Shown here one piece after another: positions 38,297 to 47,624 of a DNA stretch of 64,000 nt (within the stretch, counting starts at the first letter, position 1; every line of letters starts with the position of its first letter). The translations under genes and the position numbers were made by a program. This stretch comes from a bacterium (lineage in GTDB: Bacteria; Bacillota; Clostridia; Christensenellales; CAG-138): contig JALFDW010000037.1 of assembly GCA_022778545.1 (NCBI GenBank), positions 8,020 to 72,019 on the forward strand, in the 5' to 3' direction. The notes under the pieces are model-generated. The model was given only the letters and a program-made list of their open reading frames with translations, was not told the DNA's origin and did not search any database.

Positions 38297-39456
38297 TCCT
38301 CGTGCGCGACCTTTCCGTTCACGAGCGTCAGCACACAGCGCGCACGGAAATCGAGCGGATGGCCGTTGAACACGGCGATATCCGCGTCCTTTCCGACCTC
38401 AAGGCTGCCCACACGGTCGTCGATACCCACAACGCGCGCGGCGTTGATCGTGATGGAACGAAGTGCCGCTTCCTCCGGCAGGCCTTCCCGCACGGCAAGC
38501 GCGGCGCACACGGGCAGGTACTGCTCCGGGATGACAGGGTGATCCGTCATCATCGCGAACTCGATGCCCTTGTCATAAAGCACCTTGGGCGCTTTGAAGG
38601 AAAGGTTGCGCAGCTCGATCTTGCTGCGTTCGGAAAGCAGCGGCCCAACGATGATGCCCGCGCCCTGTTCCGCGATCGTCCTCTGCAAATGCTCCGGGAT
38701 GAGATACCCTTCCGTGCAGTGATCAAGCGTAAAGCGCAGGTTGAATTCCTTTGCGATGCGGATGGCCGTCAGGATATCGTCCGCCCGGTGGCAATGGATC
38801 TTCAGCGGAAGCTCCCGGCGCACAACAGCAAGCAGCGCTTCCTTGCCGAAATCGCGTGCAGGGCGTTTTTCCGGGTCATCCTTCGCCGCATCCAGCTTGC
38901 GCCCATACTCCTGTGCATCAAGCAGTGCTTTGCGCAGAATGGCGGCGGTGGCCATGCGGGTCTGGGGCGTCTTGTCGGAGCTTCCGTATACGCGCTTCGG
39001 GTTTTCGCCGAACGCGGCCTTCATCGCGATGGGAAAGCGGAGCGTCATGTCCTCCACGGAATCCCCCGCCGTTTTGACCGCGACGAACTGCCCGCCGATG
39101 ACGTTCGCGCTGCCGGGGCCCGTCACGCAGGTGGTAACGCCTGCCGCGCAGGCCTCCGCAAAGCAGGGGTCAAACGGGTTGATGGCGTCAATCGCACGCA
39201 GTTCCGGCGTGACCGGGTTCGTGCACTCGTTGCCATCCGCGCCTTCGCTGCCCATGCCATCCTCCCACATGCCGATGTGGCAGTGCGCATCCACGATGCC
39301 TGGCAGGACGTAGCAGCCGGAAACATCCCGCACTTCCGCGTTTTCCGTGGGCAGATTTCTGCCGAGCGCGGCGATTTTCCCGTTTTCGACCGCAATGTCC
39401 CCTTCGTATTCCTGGCCGGCCATGGTCAGAAGCCTGCCGTTTTTCAAGATCAGCAT
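38293..39456 (-). CDS. Metal-dependent amidohydrolase (imidazolonepropionase-like)
   Basis: PGIVDAHCH, KAAFGENPK, HCHRADD, DHCTEG, TDHP, GKDAD. Confidence 0.9.
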   Translation of the reverse strand: MLILKNGRLLTMAGQEYEGDIAVENGKIAALGRNLPTENAEVRDVSGCYVLPGIVDAHCHIGMWEDGMGSEGADGNECTNPVTPELRAIDAINPFDPCFAEACAAGVTTCVTGPGSANVIGGQFVAVKTAGDSVEDMTLRFPIAMKAAFGENPKRVYGSSDKTPQTRMATAAILRKALLDAQEYGRKLDAAKDDPEKRPARDFGKEALLAVVRRELPLKIHCHRADDILTAIRIAKEFNLRFTLDHCTEGYLIPEHLQRTIAEQGAGIIVGPLLSERSKIELRNLSFKAPKVLYDKGIEFAMMTDHPVIPEQYLPVCAALAVREGLPEEAALRSITINAARVVGIDDRVGSLEVGKDADIAVFNGHPLDFRARCVLTLVNGKVAHEE

Positions 39457-39484
39457 AACAATTTCTCCTCTCGCTATTTGGTCG

Positions 39485-40357
39485 TTATTTGGGTTGATAT
39501 ACGCTGTTTTGCAGCGTTGATTCAATCATTTCCGTCACGTCCCGCGCCATGAGCATCCGCTCGCGCAGGAGGTCGAGCGCCGCATCCGCCGACGCGCCGA
39601 GCAGATAGGATGCCACACACGCAGCCTCAAACGGCGGGAGCTTCTGCCCGAGCATCGCAAGCGTGATGCCCGCGAGCACATCCCCGCTGCCGCCCTTTGC
39701 AAGGCCGGGATTCCCCGTTTCGTTCCAGGCGAAGCGGCCGTCCGGCGCCGCAATCACGCTCCGTGCCCCTTTCAGCAATACCGTACAGCCCCATTCCTCC
39801 GCGCAGGAACGCGCAATCGCCTCCTGATTCTCCCGCACCTCGGATATGGTGCACCCGCACAGGCGCGCCATTTCACCAAAGTGTGGCGTAAGCACGGCTT
39901 TTTCATGCAGAAGCGCCCGCTTGTCTTCCACGCGCGAAAGCGCGAAAAGGCCATCCGCATCCACAACGGCAGGTTTTTCTGCGGAAAGCACGCGCCGGAG
40001 CACTTCATCCGTCTCCGCCTCGCGCCCCATGCCCGGGCCGATGCCGATGCAGGTCGCCGCTTCAATATAAGGCCGAATAAGCTCATCCGAAGCGGAAGCC
40101 CACCCCTCGCCCGGCAGCGGCACGCGCATTGCCTCCGGCAGAGCGCAAAGGCCGGAAACGGCGGGGCGCGGGCAGATCACCTTCAGCGTGCCAAGGCCCG
40201 CGCGCAGCGCGGCGGTCGATGCCATCAGGGCTGCGCCCGGCATGTCCGCGCTTCCTGCGAGCAAAAGCCCGTGGCCGTTTTCGCCCTTGCTGCTCTCCCG
40301 CCTGCGCGGCGGGAGCAGCGCCGCAATATCGTTTTTGTTCAGCATATGCCCTTCCAT
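39485..40357 (-). CDS. nnrD: ADP-dependent NAD(P)H-hydrate dehydratase
   Basis: AGS..MPGAA, GPGMG, DADG, TPHFGE, GGSGDVLAG. Confidence 0.92.
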   Translation of the reverse strand: MEGHMLNKNDIAALLPPRRRESSKGENGHGLLLAGSADMPGAALMASTAALRAGLGTLKVICPRPAVSGLCALPEAMRVPLPGEGWASASDELIRPYIEAATCIGIGPGMGREAETDEVLRRVLSAEKPAVVDADGLFALSRVEDKRALLHEKAVLTPHFGEMARLCGCTISEVRENQEAIARSCAEEWGCTVLLKGARSVIAAPDGRFAWNETGNPGLAKGGSGDVLAGITLAMLGQKLPPFEAACVASYLLGASADAALDLLRERMLMARDVTEMIESTLQNSVYQPK

Positions 40358-40427
40358 GATTCCTCCACCGGTTTGCGCTGTATGCTATAAAAAAGGCGGG
40401 AATGCTCCCGCCCTGCAAAGCATGGTA

Positions 40428-40796
40428 TTAATCCTCCACGATCGCCTGCGCCACGGCAAGCTGTTTGATGTGGGAAATGCTCACATGCACCGTTTTGCCC
40501 GCAAGCTCGCGCAAACGCGAAAGCGCGCCGTTTTGCAGCTTCGCGAAAGGCTTGCCGTTTTCATCGTGCAGCACCTCGATATCCGTCCACTGAATACCCC
40601 GAAAGCCCACGGAAAGCGCCTTTGCCGTCGCTTCCTTCGCTGCGAAGGTGCCTGCGATCGTCTGCGGTTCAAAGCCGAACCGCTCGAAATAAGCCTGTTC
40701 CGCAGGGGTGAATACCGTCCGAAGGAACGCCGGCTTTTCCGCAGCCTTCTTCACGCGTTCCACCTCGATGATGTCTATGCCGGTACCGATTACCAT
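40428..40796 (-). CDS. acpS: Holo-ACP synthase
   Basis: GTGIDI, FAAKEA, GKP, VSISH. Confidence 0.96.
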   Translation of the reverse strand: MVIGTGIDIIEVERVKKAAEKPAFLRTVFTPAEQAYFERFGFEPQTIAGTFAAKEATAKALSVGFRGIQWTDIEVLHDENGKPFAKLQNGALSRLRELAGKTVHVSISHIKQLAVAQAIVED

Positions 40797-40873
40797 GCGC
40801 TCACTCCCATGTTTCTGAAATTGCCGTGCATTTATTCTACCATAGATCGCTCAAATGTCAAATCCTGCCCCAC

Positions 40874-41788
40874 TCAGGCCTGTTTTTCCGCGCTTTTTAC
40901 GGCATCGAGCACCGCCATGGTCATCACCGTGGGCGCCGCCGCAAGGATCGGAAGGAGCGGCTGTGCAGGAAGCTCGCAGGTGGAAACGCCGAAGATCGTG
41001 TCGCCATCCATAGAAGTGTGCACCGGGCGGATCGCCATGGCGAGGCCGTCATGCGCCATGGAAGCAAGCTTGTTGGCTTCCTCGCGCGTGAGCGTTGCGT
41101 CCGTCGCGATCACGCCGATTGTGGTGTTGCCAAAGCCCGCGCCCGCAAGCGCCGCCGCACCAAGGCAGGGCATCTTCACGCCGTTCACCGTGGCAGCCGC
41201 AACGAGCTCACCGGTCGCCGGATCGTAAACATCGCCAAGCGCGTTCACCACCACGAGCGCTGCAAGCTTCGCGCCGCCGGGCAGCGTGATGCACGCTGTG
41301 CCGACGCCGCCCTTTGCGGCATGTTCCTGCCCCATGGTCTTGCCGAGCGTTGCGCCTGTGCCCGCGCCCACGCTGCCCGTTTCCACGGGGCCGTCCGTTG
41401 CCGTCTTGCAGGCGAAGTAGCCTTCCGCCTTGCCCGGGCGCACATGCGCATCCCCCACGCCAAGGTCGAAGATCACCGCCGCCGGCACGATCGGCACAAC
41501 GCCTACGCTCACATCCGTGCCAAGGTTCTTTTCTTCAAGATACTGCATTGCGCCGGAGGCCGCATCAAGGCCATATGCACTGCCGCCCGAAAGCATGACC
41601 GCCTGGATCCGCTCCACAACGTTATACCCCCGGAGAAGATCCGTTTCCCGCGTGCCGGGCGCGCTGCCGCGCACATCCACGCCGCCGACCGCGCCGCCTT
41701 CAAACAAGACTGCCGTGCAGCCCGTCATGGCCGCCTTATCGGTATAATTCCCGACCTTGATCCCCTTGATCTCCGTAATTCCTTTCAT
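40874..41788 (-). CDS. P1/S58 (DmpA-like) peptidase
   Basis: DVRGSAPGTRETD, GGSAYGL, GAGTGA, GNTTIG, DGDT. Confidence 0.9.
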   Translation of the reverse strand: MKGITEIKGIKVGNYTDKAAMTGCTAVLFEGGAVGGVDVRGSAPGTRETDLLRGYNVVERIQAVMLSGGSAYGLDAASGAMQYLEEKNLGTDVSVGVVPIVPAAVIFDLGVGDAHVRPGKAEGYFACKTATDGPVETGSVGAGTGATLGKTMGQEHAAKGGVGTACITLPGGAKLAALVVVNALGDVYDPATGELVAAATVNGVKMPCLGAAALAGAGFGNTTIGVIATDATLTREEANKLASMAHDGLAMAIRPVHTSMDGDTIFGVSTCELPAQPLLPILAAAPTVMTMAVLDAVKSAEKQA

Positions 41789-41813
41789 ATGCTTCAAAAC
41801 TCCTTTTCGTTCT

Positions 41814-42599
41814 TCAAATATTTCTGAGCGAAACATCGCCCGCATGGATCGTATGCAGCACACCATCCCCGGTGCGCAGCAGAAGGCGGCCCAACGCGTC
41901 GAGATCCTCCGCCACGCCATAGAGCGTACCGTCCGCCCGCATGACCTTCACCGCCTGACCAAGCGTGCAGGAATGCTGCCTGTATTCCGCCATCAGCGCC
42001 GCATAGGCTGCATCCTCCCCGCAGGCAGTGAAAAGCGGCGCAAAAGCCTGCATGACCGCCGCTGCCACATCCTCCAGCGCGGGAGCACGCCCCGTTTCCA
42101 GCAGAAGCGAGCTTGCCGTATCTTTCAGCGCATCCGGGAAAGCGCTCTGCCCCACGTTGATGCCGATGCCGCAGACGATAAAGTATTCTTGCCCGGCAGT
42201 GCCGAGTTCCGAGAGGATGCCCGTGAGCTTTTTTCCGCCCGCCTGCACATCGTTCGGCCACTTGATGGCAGCATCCGCGCCGAATGTGAGGAGCGCGCGG
42301 CACACGCCAAGCGCCGCCGCGATCGTGACGCGCGGCGCAAGCTCTGCCGGGAATTCCGGCCGGAGCAGCAGGCTCATGCAGAGGGACGTCCCCGCCTCGC
42401 TCTCCCAGGCGCGGCCGCGCCGCCCGCGCCCCGCAGTCTGCCGGTTTGCAAGCACGAGCGTGCCGGAAGGCGCGCCTTCCACCGCAAGCTCCTTTGCCGC
42501 AAGGTTCGTGGAAGGCGTTTCATCCAGAACCTCCACGCGCCGCACAAGCGCATTTCCCGCAAGCGCCCGCGCGAGCGCAGCAGGATCAATCCTCGTCAT
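41814..42599 (-). CDS. birA: Biotin--[acetyl-CoA-carboxylase] ligase (no N-terminal HTH)
   Basis: PSTN, QTAGRGRRGRAW, KWPND, KLTGIL, GIGIN. Confidence 0.92.
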   Translation of the reverse strand: MTRIDPAALARALAGNALVRRVEVLDETPSTNLAAKELAVEGAPSGTLVLANRQTAGRGRRGRAWESEAGTSLCMSLLLRPEFPAELAPRVTIAAALGVCRALLTFGADAAIKWPNDVQAGGKKLTGILSELGTAGQEYFIVCGIGINVGQSAFPDALKDTASSLLLETGRAPALEDVAAAVMQAFAPLFTACGEDAAYAALMAEYRQHSCTLGQAVKVMRADGTLYGVAEDLDALGRLLLRTGDGVLHTIHAGDVSLRNI

Positions 42600-43101
42600 C
42601 GTCCTCCCCCGCGCAGGCCGAAAGCCCTTCCGCATCGCCGAACACTGCCTCAAGCGCCGCACGCGCAGCTTCATATTCAAACCCGCGGCCAACGAGCCTG
42701 CGCATCGTGCGGGCTTTGCGTTCCTCCGGTTCAAGGGCGGCAAACTGCCGGGCGAATTTCTCCGTTACGGCAAGCGCGCCCGCCCGTTCAGTCTCATCCG
42801 TTACGGGCAAAAGCGCCTCGTCGATCAGGTCTTTCGGGAGCTTGTGTGCGTAGAGCTGCTCGCGCAGCTTGCGGCGGCTCAGCGGCTTTGACGCAAGGCG
42901 CGTCGCCACAAAATCTGCCGCGTATTTCGCATCGTCCAGATACCCGAGCTCCTTCAGCCGCTCCACCACCTGATACACCTCATATTCCCCGTAGTTGAGC
43001 GAATCAAGATGATCCTCCATCTCGCGCACGGTGCGCGCCTTTGCCGTGAGGAATTTCAGCGCCGCATCCATGGGCGTGTTGCCGACTTTGTTCTTCTTCA
43101 T
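42586..43101 (-). CDS. recX: Regulatory protein RecX
   Basis: ALKFL..RT, YLDDAKYA, RRLVGRGF. Confidence 0.88.
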   Translation of the reverse strand: MKKNKVGNTPMDAALKFLTAKARTVREMEDHLDSLNYGEYEVYQVVERLKELGYLDDAKYAADFVATRLASKPLSRRKLREQLYAHKLPKDLIDEALLPVTDETERAGALAVTEKFARQFAALEPEERKARTMRRLVGRGFEYEAARAALEAVFGDAEGLSACAGEDDDED

Positions 43102-43250
43102 CAAAAATTACCATTTCCTTCTTCCGTATTCAAATTCCGGGAAACCGCTCCCCGGCGCTGCCTTTTGCTTCCATCCGTCTTTATCATAATAATCGCCGCG
43201 CCTCCGTGCAATACTAAATCCAACAATTATCCGCACAAGGAGGGCAAAAT

Positions 43251-43508
43251 ATGGCAAATACCAGGCAACCGTTCAACCCGAACGCCACCTTCAATTGGAA
43301 CACCGAAGCGGGTGCACCGCAGATCGAGACAAAAAACCTCGGCATCGTCCAGGATCAGATGCACCACGAGGCGCTCGCCTACAAAAAATGCTGCATGTTC
43401 AGCGAATGGTTCACCGAGCAGCCGCTCAAGGACCTGAGCAACCGCGCGGCGCAGCACCACAAGCAGCATTTCGACGCGCTCATGAACTACCTCAACAGCC
43501 ACCAATAA
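43251..43508 (+). CDS. Small spore coat protein-like (ferritin-like helical)
   Basis: AAGGAGG SD; DQMHHEAL..KK...HKQHFDALMNYL pattern; paired with CotF-like gene. Confidence 0.7.
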   Translation: MANTRQPFNPNATFNWNTEAGAPQIETKNLGIVQDQMHHEALAYKKCCMFSEWFTEQPLKDLSNRAAQHHKQHFDALMNYLNSHQ

Positions 43509-43521
43509 AGGAGGACACAGC

Positions 43522-43806
43522 ATGAACAGCAACCGACCCAACATGACTGAGCAGGAACTGCTCACCGATTTCCTTTCCCAGGAGAAACAGCTTGTGAAGG
43601 ACTATGCAGGCGACATCACGGAAGCTTCCTGCGAAAACCTGCGCGGGATCCTGCTTAAGAACCTGACGGAATGTTCCTCGGATCAGCTCGCCGTGTTTGA
43701 GCAAATGAAGCAGCGCAACATGTACAAGACCAAGGACGCACCGGACAACGAGGTGCAGACCGCAAAGCAGAACATGCAGCAGCTGAAGCAGCAAACCGGC
43801 TTCTGA
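43522..43806 (+). CDS. Coat F domain spore coat protein
   Basis: MTEQELLTD.L..EK...Y....TEASC.NLR, Q...F..M..R.MY. Confidence 0.8.
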   Translation: MNSNRPNMTEQELLTDFLSQEKQLVKDYAGDITEASCENLRGILLKNLTECSSDQLAVFEQMKQRNMYKTKDAPDNEVQTAKQNMQQLKQQTGF

Positions 43807-43828
43807 GCGGCAAAAAGGCACATAAGAC

Positions 43829-43860
43829 AAAAGGCAGCGATACCCGCTGCCTTATTTTAT
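43829..43860. terminator. Bidirectional terminator
   Basis: AAGGCAGCG-ATACC-CGCTGCCTT flanked by A and T tracts between convergent genes. Confidence 0.7.
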
Positions 43861-43861
43861 A

Positions 43862-44107
43862 TCAGTCCGTGTCCGGGTCCGGCCGCATTGCCTCAAGCGG
43901 GTCAAACCCTTCTATGCCGCCCTCTTCCGCTTCCGTGCGCATGCGCAGCGCCATCTGCGCCCTCAGCCCTTCAATGGAAAGCGGCTGCTGTTCGCTCCCC
44001 ATGCAGTCGCGGCACATTGCGCCGCAATCCGGGCATTTGCACCCGCTCATGAGCCCGTGCTCCACCTGAACCATATACGTTCCGCATACGCGGCAGCTGC
44101 ATCTCAT
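43862..44107 (-). CDS. Small Cys-rich hypothetical protein
   Basis: CxCxxC...CxCxxCxxxCxxC; ATGA overlap with upstream gene. Confidence 0.75.
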   Translation of the reverse strand: MRCSCRVCGTYMVQVEHGLMSGCKCPDCGAMCRDCMGSEQQPLSIEGLRAQMALRMRTEAEEGGIEGFDPLEAMRPDPDTD

Positions 44108-44949
44108 GGCTTTACTTCCTCCGTTATCTCTGCATCAGCCATGCTCTCCGACTCCGTTTCGCCGTTTGCCCCGCTTCCACCCCCCCAGTCATAGATGCCG
44201 GGCAGGGATTCCATGGCAGCCGACCCGCCGTTTGCAAGGCGCATCATAAGGCCATCCGGCAAAAAGAAGTCCGTCAGCTGGCTGAGCGGGATTGCAAACT
44301 CCGGCCAGCCCGCGGAATAAGTCGCAATCTCATACGGGCGGTAAAGGATCACGAGCGCATCCTCCGTAACATAAAACGCCTGATCGTCGGAGGCGGGCAT
44401 CACATCGCAAAGGAGCGTAAGCCCCTCTTTTTCCGCCTGAAGCATCACGATATCCGGGATAAGCCCGCGCCAGCGTTCGTTCTCCGGGTCGAACAGGTCA
44501 GCAAGCGCGATTTGCCCGCAGGTCGCCGTGTTGAACGTGAGCGGCACAATGGCAAGCGTTTCGCCCGCAAGGTCCCGCACGGCAATGCGCACGGAAAGCA
44601 GGCCGCAATCGTTGCACATGATGTCGCACCGGGTATAAGCCGGCGCATCAAGCGCATCGAGCTCCGCGCGGATCGCGCCCTGGATCGCGGAATTGATCGC
44701 GTCGTATTCCTCATCCATCAGATAAGGATAGCTGATGAAGCCGCTGTTGCCGTATTCCTGCTCCGCGCGCATGTAGGAAAGCGGTCGCGCGTCATCGTTC
44801 GCCTGCATGGCCTGCGCCACATCCTGCGTCATGCTCGGGAGCAGAAGCGTGGAGTCAAATTCGCCCGGCGCTTCATCCGCAGCCGGTGCGCCGCATGCGC
44901 AAAAGCACGCAAAAAGCAGCCCCACAACGCATATGGCAGCCCGTTTCAT
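44104..44949 (-). CDS. RsiV/DUF3298 family lipoprotein
   Basis: AAGGAGG SD; lipobox-like CAC; FYVTEDALVILYRPYEIATYSAGWPEFAIP. Confidence 0.85.
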   Translation of the reverse strand: MKRAAICVVGLLFACFCACGAPAADEAPGEFDSTLLLPSMTQDVAQAMQANDDARPLSYMRAEQEYGNSGFISYPYLMDEEYDAINSAIQGAIRAELDALDAPAYTRCDIMCNDCGLLSVRIAVRDLAGETLAIVPLTFNTATCGQIALADLFDPENERWRGLIPDIVMLQAEKEGLTLLCDVMPASDDQAFYVTEDALVILYRPYEIATYSAGWPEFAIPLSQLTDFFLPDGLMMRLANGGSAAMESLPGIYDWGGGSGANGETESESMADAEITEEVKP

Positions 44950-45031
44950 GCGCCGCACCTCCTTCAACCTTTTTCCTGCCCTTAAGTATAACACCGCCTG
45001 CCGGAACAAAGTGTGAATAAAAGGTAAACCG

Positions 45032-46201
45032 TCAGTCTGCTCCCACTTCGAGGGTCTCCGTCTTTTCAAGCGCAGCCGCGATCATCGGCGCGAAATCCAC
45101 CATGGTCTCGCTCTCGCGCAGCTTTGCCACCTCGGGCTTTGTGACCGGGTGCTGCGGAACGAACACCGTGCAGCAGTCCTCATACGGCAGGATGGATGTC
45201 TCAAACGTGCCGATGCGCTTTGCGATGGTCACGATATCCTCCTTGTCAAAGCCGATCAGCGGGCGGAACACCGGCATCGAAACCGCGTCATCCGTCACGC
45301 AGAGGCTTTCGAGCGTCTGGCTCGCCACCTGGCCGAGCGCCTCGCCCGTGATGAGCGCAAGCGCGCCGTCCTGCTTTGCCAGCAGTTCCGCAATGCGCAT
45401 CATAAGCCTGCGCATGAGCACGGTCGTCTCCTTCGGCGGGCACTTTTCATAGATGGCAAGCTGGATCTCCGTGAACGGCACAAGGTGCAGCCGCACCGGC
45501 CCCGCATAACGGGAAACGAGGCGCGTAAGCTCGACGACCTTGTCCCGCGCGCGCTCGCTGGTGTAAGGATAGCTGTAAAAATGCACGGCGGAAAGCGTGA
45601 GCCCGCGCTTTGCCATCAGGTATCCTGCAACGGGGCTGTCAATGCCGCCGGAAATGAGCAGCGCCGCACGCCCGGCCGTGCCGGTCGGCATGCCGCCCGC
45701 CCCCATGATCTCCGCCGCGTAAATGAACGCCTGTTCGCGGATCTCCACGCACACCTTGAGTTCCGGCGTGTGCACATCCACGCTGAGGTTCGGAAAACGT
45801 TCGAGCAGCGCATGGCCGAGTTCGCGGTTGATCGTCTCCGAATTCATGGGGAAGCCCTTGTCCGAGCGGCGGGAGAACACCTTGAACGTTGCCGCCCTGC
45901 CGCCTGCCGCCTGCTCCGTAAGCTGCGCCGCCGCGGCAACGATCGCATCCCAATCCTTCTCCACCGCCATGGCAGGGCTTATGGAATGCACGCCGAACAC
46001 GCGGGTCAGCGCATCGCACGCATCGTCAATGCGGTCCTCCGCGATGCCGTACACATAGATGCGCCCCTGATCGCGGCGCACCCGGGCATGAAAGCCCCTG
46101 AGCACGTTGTTGATGCCGTCGATGAGCTTGCGTTCGAAGAAGGGGCGGTTCAGCCCCTTGAGATGGATCTCGCCATAGCGGACGAGCAGTACCTGTTCCA
46201 C
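45032..46201 (-). CDS. thiI: tRNA 4-thiouridine synthase ThiI
   Basis: RYGEI.LKG.NR, THUMP domain, ISGGIDSPVA, GQVASQT, PYEDCC. Confidence 0.96.
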   Translation of the reverse strand: MEQVLLVRYGEIHLKGLNRPFFERKLIDGINNVLRGFHARVRRDQGRIYVYGIAEDRIDDACDALTRVFGVHSISPAMAVEKDWDAIVAAAAQLTEQAAGGRAATFKVFSRRSDKGFPMNSETINRELGHALLERFPNLSVDVHTPELKVCVEIREQAFIYAAEIMGAGGMPTGTAGRAALLISGGIDSPVAGYLMAKRGLTLSAVHFYSYPYTSERARDKVVELTRLVSRYAGPVRLHLVPFTEIQLAIYEKCPPKETTVLMRRLMMRIAELLAKQDGALALITGEALGQVASQTLESLCVTDDAVSMPVFRPLIGFDKEDIVTIAKRIGTFETSILPYEDCCTVFVPQHPVTKPEVAKLRESETMVDFAPMIAAALEKTETLEVGAD

Positions 46202-46279
46202 AATAACCCTCCGTTGTGTTTTTTCTTATGTTGTTTGCGGGCGCTGCACCCGCTTGCTTTTTATCTGTCCGCTGCCCTC

Positions 46280-47419
46280 TTACCTTCTCCTGAAACGCCG
46301 TAGCAAGCCGAGCAGCCCTGCGATGGCCGCCGCCGCCTCATCCATTTCAGCAGGGGTGTTGAACAGCGAGAAGCTGAAGCGGATCGCTCCCTCCTGCCGG
46401 TCGCCGGTCACCCCCATGGCGTTCAGGATGCGGTTCTTGCCCTTCTTATGCGCGGAACACGCCGAGCCCGTTGAAACGTAGATTTTCTTTTCCTCAAGCG
46501 CATGCAGGAGCACTTCGCCCCGCACGCCAAGGAAGGACATGTTCAGGATATGCGGCGCACCGTTCTCCGGCGCAGGGCCGTTTATGAGCACGTCCGGAAG
46601 GGTCAGCAGGTTTTCCGCAAGGCGCATCTTGCATGCCCGCATATTTTGCCATATCGTTCCCTGATTTGCAAGGTAGTATTGCAGCGCCGCGTCCATCCCC
46701 ATGATGCCGGGCGTGTTCGTGGTGCCGGAACGGAGGTTTCGTTCCTGCCCGCCGCCGATCTGCCCGCCAAGGAAGCGCGTCCCCTTTTTGACATACAGCG
46801 CGCCGACGCCCTTCGGGCCATGGAACTTATGCCCGCTTATGGTGTAAAAATCGCAGCTGCGCGCATCGAACGGCACTTTCAGGAAGCCCTGCACACCGTC
46901 CACATGCACGAGTGCGCCCGGCGCCTCCTGCTTCACGAGCTTATAAATGGCCGGAATGTCGTTGATCGCCCCTGTCTCATTGTTGACCTGCATGATGGAA
47001 ACGAAGCGCGTATCCGGCGTGAGCTGCTCCGCAAGGCTGGTAAGGTCCAGGCGCCCCTCCTTGTCCACTCCGGCTTCACGCACGTTATATTCTGAAGCCA
47101 GTCCCCGCATCACCTCGTAGACGGAAGGGTGCTCCACCGCGCTCGTGATGAGCTGCCCGCGCCCGCGCATCGCGCCGAGCGCACCGTGGATGGCCATGTT
47201 GTTGCTTTCCGTCCCGCCGGAGGTAAAAACGATCTCCTCCGCGCTGCCGTGCATCGCCTCAGCGAGGCGGGCGCGCGCACCGTTCACCGCGCGTTCGCTC
47301 TCCACGGCAGGAGAATAAGCCGCAGCGGGGTTGAAAAAGCTTTCGCACATGTATTTCTGCGCCGCCTCCGCCGCCGCAGGCAGCGTGCGGGTCGTTGCGC
47401 TGTTATCGAGATATATCAT
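46280..47419 (-). CDS. Cysteine desulfurase (NifZ/IscS-like, ThiI partner)
   Basis: YLDNSATT, TSGGTESNN, EHPSV, SGHKFHGPKG, STGSAC. Confidence 0.94.
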   Translation of the reverse strand: MIYLDNSATTRTLPAAAEAAQKYMCESFFNPAAAYSPAVESERAVNGARARLAEAMHGSAEEIVFTSGGTESNNMAIHGALGAMRGRGQLITSAVEHPSVYEVMRGLASEYNVREAGVDKEGRLDLTSLAEQLTPDTRFVSIMQVNNETGAINDIPAIYKLVKQEAPGALVHVDGVQGFLKVPFDARSCDFYTISGHKFHGPKGVGALYVKKGTRFLGGQIGGGQERNLRSGTTNTPGIMGMDAALQYYLANQGTIWQNMRACKMRLAENLLTLPDVLINGPAPENGAPHILNMSFLGVRGEVLLHALEEKKIYVSTGSACSAHKKGKNRILNAMGVTGDRQEGAIRFSFSLFNTPAEMDEAAAAIAGLLGLLRRFRRR

Positions 47420-47624
47420 ATTTCTCACTCCTTAAAACCGGAGACAAACTCCTTTTTGTCCATTATATGCCGCGCACGCGCCATGCGACAGCCCGTATTG
47501 TTTTATCATACCACACCGGCGCGCGTTTGTTTATGCCATTTTCATAAAAACCGCATCGCACCAAGGTTGCAGGCAACCGGCTTTTGCTATAAAATCAGTA
47601 CATATCACCCGAAAGGAAGCACAT

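Noticed and set aside
38296-38500. 6S RNA upstream of the 5-formyl-THF cyclo-ligase gene (E. coli-like ssrS-ygfA synteny)
   Set aside because: The gene overlaps the upstream amidohydrolase (ATGA), leaving no room.
39485-43101. Dehydratase-only nnrD, HTH-less birA and recX without adjacent recA
   Set aside because: All are known, common variants.
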